This document shows positions 63,130 through 64,000 of a stretch of DNA of 64,000 nt, one piece after another. Under the pieces are notes generated by a model. That model had not been told where the DNA came from, made no database searches, and worked only from the letters and a program-made list of their open reading frames with translations. Source of the stretch: Octopus sinensis (taxonomy: Eukaryota); assembly GCF_006345805.1 (NCBI RefSeq), contig NC_043021.1, forward strand, positions 15,500,001-15,564,000. The letters run 5' to 3'. The first letter of the stretch is position 1; the number at the start of each line of letters is the position of its first letter. Position numbers and translations under genes: made by a program.

Positions 63130-63545
63130 TGATCATGTTTTGTAAAAGCATATGATATGCTTGAGAAGACCTGTTGAGTCAAGTAAGACCAATATCGTAG
63201 CTGTGACCAGTGACCCCTGACCGGCTTCCATGCTGGTGACATGTAAAAAGCACCATCCATATGTGGTTGATGCCAGCTCCACTGAACTGGCCCCTGTGCC
63301 AGTGGCACATAAAAAGCACTATCCAAACATGATCAATGTGAGACCCACCTGACTTGCTCCTGTGCCAGTGGCACATAAAAAGCACACACTACACTCTCAG
63401 AGTGGTAGGCGTCAGGAAAGGCATCCATCTGTAGAAACATTGCCAGATCAGATTGGAGCCTGGTGCAGCCTCCTGGCTTGCCAGTCCCCAGTCAAACTGT
63501 CCAACCCATGCCAGCATGGAAAATGGACGTTAAAGGATGATGATT
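63130..63545 (+). mobile_element. Family D retroposon
   Basis: Hairpin modules and (GAT)n tail. Confidence 0.85.
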
Positions 63546-63741
63546 GTCCATTTGAATAGGAAAAATCCCACAGAATCTTACATTTCGCCAACCCCAGTAC
63601 CCTTTCAACTCAATGATTACACCATGTGTTTCCAGTTTCTGGCAAAGTTTCTAGCGTAAAACCTTTACCACCTGGTCAAGCTTCCATTTCTTATATTCTT
63701 CCTGTGCCATTATTATATTATTATTATTATTATTATTATTA

Positions 63742-64000
63742 TTGAGTGAGAGAGCAGTTCATGCCATCAAAGTGACACTGGGGTAAAATATACGAAGCCC
63801 AATATACCCATCATGACTACCCGTCTGATAAAGGTACACCAGGCACATGCATCACAACCATATGTGCGCGACATGGTGATCTCATATCAAGATAAACAGC
63901 ACATGACCTTGCAGGTGGGGCCCAGTTAGAATTTTCTTCAGGTTGAGTAGCCCATCCCGCTCAAACGGTCCCTGAATAAGGGTTGCTTAGGATGTTGAAA
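63742..64000 (-). mobile_element. Probable retroelement 3' end tailed by (TAA)n, family unassigned, cut by the window edge
   Basis: CpG-containing non-coding block abutting (TTA)n at 63712-63741. Confidence 0.45.

Overview
AT-rich, microsatellite-dense eukaryotic genomic DNA. The SINE and MITE content points to a coleoid cephalopod, probably Octopus (inference, not checked against a database). No host protein-coding gene can be identified, and the window looks like long-intron or intergenic sequence. Nearly all ORFs in the supplied track are translations of microsatellites or SINE copies. Supported content: (i) at least five tRNA-derived or RTE-tailed SINE-like families in dozens of copies; (ii) DNA-transposon MITEs (piggyBac-type, hAT-type, mariner-type and a 182-bp fold-back element); (iii) LINE remnants: a young 5'-truncated RTE with three C2H2 fingers, a decayed RTE end and an R4/Dong end; (iv) a 5S rRNA pseudogene with a 128-bp tandem duplication; (v) about ten minimal hammerhead-ribozyme motifs in about five families of Penelope-type cassettes sitting in microsatellites. 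The best leads are a tRNA-promoter + (AAT)n + intact hammerhead composite (25595-25909, minus), hammerhead families sharing non-canonical core bases, and three plus-strand polypyrimidine-YAG|GTAA junctions spaced about 16.7 kb apart (candidate recursive splice sites), plus a few low-confidence exon candidates. SINE boundaries are approximate (about +/-10 bp).
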